Positions 57,661 to 64,000 of a DNA stretch of 64,000 bases are shown here, piece after piece. This DNA comes from the human T2T-CHM13v2.0 reference genome, Homo sapiens, in assembly GCF_009914755.1 (NCBI RefSeq), contig NC_060928.1. One strand, 5' to 3'. A program made the position numbers and the translations under genes. The stretch's first letter is position 1; every line of letters begins with the position of its first letter. The notes beneath the pieces are model-generated. The model did no database searches. It had not been told where the DNA came from and worked only from the letters and a program-made list of their open reading frames with translations.

Positions 57661-58114
57661 AGGAAACACACAAACAAACAAACAAAAAAACAAAAAAGAG
57701 CAAACAAAACAAAACAAAACAAAAAACCCAGCTGAGCAAAGTCAATAGAATAGAGAGGTAGAGGTGAGAACAGTTAGACATACTGGGAATCAATTTGATG
57801 ACTTGAAATTTGTTGATGTAGAATTTGACCTAATGTGTGTCTTCATAATAAACAGTTTGTCTGGTTTTACTCTTCTACTGTGTTTTTCCAAAATGGTTAG
57901 GTTTAGAGGGCAATGTGCTTTCTCTTAACAGTTAAATTTTGTTATTTTTACAAATTGCTTTACTAATACAGATTTTTTAAAACAAATGAGAATTCAGTAA
58001 ACTGCATATTTACTGAGAATGGAGTGCTGTCATGTAAGATGAACAAACTTTATTATTCAGCAGGTTGTCTGTTTCTTGGAAATAGAACTCTCTCTAAAAT
58101 ATTTGAAATAATGA

Positions 58115-58487
<373 letters not shown>

Positions 58488-58858
58488 TATTCAACATACA
58501 TTCTATTAATAAACCAAACAATCCCATTATTTGGTATCTTGATTAACTCATGTATATTTAGGAAAGCAAAATGTACTTCGTAGCTTATGTAGTTTGTCAA
58601 CACGTTTAAGTCCAGTTGGAGATTGTTTTTGTTTGCTTTTATTATTATTGTTAAACTAATTTTCTGTTTCAAGTAATATACCTAGCTTAGAATTTTCTAC
58701 CTTTAATACAAAATGAGTCAACACATAGCTCCTGCACACCTACAGCCACACAATGCTTAAATTTTGGAATTCTGTAATCATTTTCTGTGCATCTTCTTTC
58801 TAAGCCACACTAAATATTGCTTTACTTCAATTAGATTAAGGAGAAAAAATAGAGATCA

Positions 58859-59574
<716 letters not shown>

Positions 59575-60069
59575 AAAAATGTTTTAAATATAAACATAGT
59601 CCTGTAATGAAAGGAGTTGGAAGTTTATCTTAGAAGGTCTCTGAAAACAGGAAAAATTCTCAGAAATATAGATGGCTTGTGAATGATTCTGTCCTGTGCT
59701 TGAAATAAAAAATATAGGTAGAGATTGTTTGTTTGTTTTAACGGTAAATTTTAAAATTCTGAAAGAAAAAAAGAAACAATGCATCAGATTGTGCTATTTT
59801 TTATAGAGGTTTAAAATGACCTAGTGAAACATGTGGCTGATTGAAACATGTTCATCTCTCTTTCCTCTAGAGACTTCTCTAAAATGAAAGTAAAGAATAA
59901 AAACTCTTTATAGTCACAATGTCAAAGAGAAGAAAATAAAAGCCATTATCTTTTGGGAGATTTTCCACATTATCAATCTGGCATAATGATTTATCTTTCT
60001 AAGGGTGAACTGCTGACCCTTCCAAGATGGAAAGGGTTCTCTCCCTCTCTCTCTACATATATATAGTCA

Positions 60070-61060
<991 letters not shown>

Positions 61061-61139
61061 TTCACACTCTGTAACTGCACAGGACTTCAGAGGAGGGAGA
61101 TATGGGAAAGCTTTATATTGTAATTTGGTTTTTATTTGT

Positions 61140-61535
61140 TACAGGGAAATAGACCAGATATGGTTGGGAGAGCAGACAGTGACTTTCAGGGAGGTGGAAT
61201 GATTCATGCAAAATGAGAGTGGGGCACAGAGGACTCTTAGGACTGTAAAACCATTATATCTGCTACTCTAATAGTGGATACATGTCATTATGCATTTGTC
61301 TAAACCCATAGCAAGCATAACACCAAAAGTGAACTCTAATGTAAACTATGGAATCTGGGCGATAATGATGTGTCAATGTAGGTTCATCAAGTGTAAAAAA
61401 TGTACCACTCTGGTATGGGTTGCTGATAGTGGAAAGGCTACTATCATGTGTTGGTGCAGGGAGTATATCGGAGCCCCCTGTACTTTCAACTTTGCGGTGA
61501 AAATAAAGTTGCCCTAAAACATAGTCTATTAAGAA
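61140..61535 (+). mobile_element. L1MC 3'UTR fragment
   Basis: gtggatacatgtcattatgcatttgtc...gtgaactctaatgtaaactatgg...tcaatgtaggttcatc. Confidence 0.78.
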
Positions 61536-61679
61536 ATATATCCCACTATTTTCTGGCTTCCAGTGTTTTCTGTTGAGAAGTTAACTGTCAGCCTATTACT
61601 CATTTGTATTTAATCTCCTTTTTATCTATGAGTGCACTTATGCTTTTTTATTGTTGTAGTTGGGGGTTTTACAGTTTCT

Positions 61680-61911
<232 letters not shown>

Positions 61912-62864
61912 TGATGTGTATCAGTTTGAATTTTTAAAAATTTATTCTATTTGGGATTCATTTGGCTTGAATCTGGCTTGAAATCTTTCATTAGTACTGG
62001 GAAGCTGTTACTTCGATATTGCTTCTACATCTTTCTCTTTTTTCTCCTTATGGAACTTCAATTAAATCAATAAAGTGAGACAAGCTCACTTGATTCTCCA
62101 TGTCTCTCAAACGCTGTAGTATGTTTAGTCTGTCTTTATATTGTGCATTTCTTGATCATTACTTCTGATGAACTCTGTCTTCAGTCATGTCTAATCTGCT
62201 ATTAAACTGGTTTGTTGAGTTTTCCATTTTATTTTGTTTTTAGAAGTTGTTTCTTTCAAATTTTTGTTATGTCACTTTGTGTATTTTCCTCTTTCCTGAA
62301 GATATTTGCAAGCTTGTCTTTTATGTTTTTAAACATAGTGAATTTTTTTATCTCTGTGTCTGATAATATTGGAAGGTTTTGAACTCGGTTCTTATGCTTG
62401 TGGTTTCTACTGTTTCCCTCTCATGGAGCTTTTCTTTTTCTTGTGTCCTTTGATTGTGGATTGTTTATATTAAAAGTTTATTTATACAAATATAAATTGA
62501 GGTGCAAAATTAAGGTGCCGCCTCTAGAGAAGTTTTGTATTGCTTCTGTCAGGCAGCAGCAAGTACCAGTCTGGGATTACGGCTTAACCATGATCATGGT
62601 TCCAGGTTTCTTGTTCCACCAGGGTGATAATGCTTCACTGTTTTCTGAAGTTACAGTCCTTTGGAACTCCAGCTTACTGAGGAGAGCTTTTCCTAGTAGA
62701 ATCTCCACAGTGTGTGGGCCTTGCGCTTTGATTTTATTCTCCTGGGCTGCCAGATGCCATCAGGGAAATCCTGCTTCTGTGCTGGCTTTTCCCTCTAGTC
62801 TCTACTTTTCCTTCAGTTTTGGCCTGGTAATCGCTTTATATCTTGGGATCTTTTTGATGCTTTA

Positions 62865-64000
<1,136 letters not shown>

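Overview
Primate, most likely human, repeat-dense non-coding DNA; no known protein-coding gene is recognisable. The window holds: the 5' part of a minus-strand L1PA3-like element (1-2305); a near-full-length minus-strand L1PA4/5 (26688-32791); an old L1PA13-16-type insertion with a twin-priming inversion (39318-43697); a 5'-truncated plus-strand L1PA3 with a 996-codon ORF2 remnant and a short 3' transduction (43830-49298); a 1.1-kb L1PA3 3' fragment in an AluY tail (56557-57660); about 33 Alus; L2, MIR, MLT1, MER and L1M relics; and an LTR12 (HERV9) inserted into an Alu at the right edge. Nearly all listed ORFs are repeat-derived. Four signals are not explained by simple repeat annotation: (1) a chain of phase-compatible plus-strand exon candidates downstream of the L1 antisense promoter/ORF0 splice donor; (2) non-consensus variants shared between neighbouring L1 copies of different subfamilies, suggesting local gene conversion; (3) a ~200-bp fold-back/templated-insertion structure at 34232-34427; (4) a sister L1 fragment that starts about 10 nt from where the upstream ORF2 frameshifts. 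Subfamily calls and 'non-consensus' statements rest on remembered consensus sequences and need RepeatMasker/Dfam confirmation. Coordinates of old repeats are approximate.
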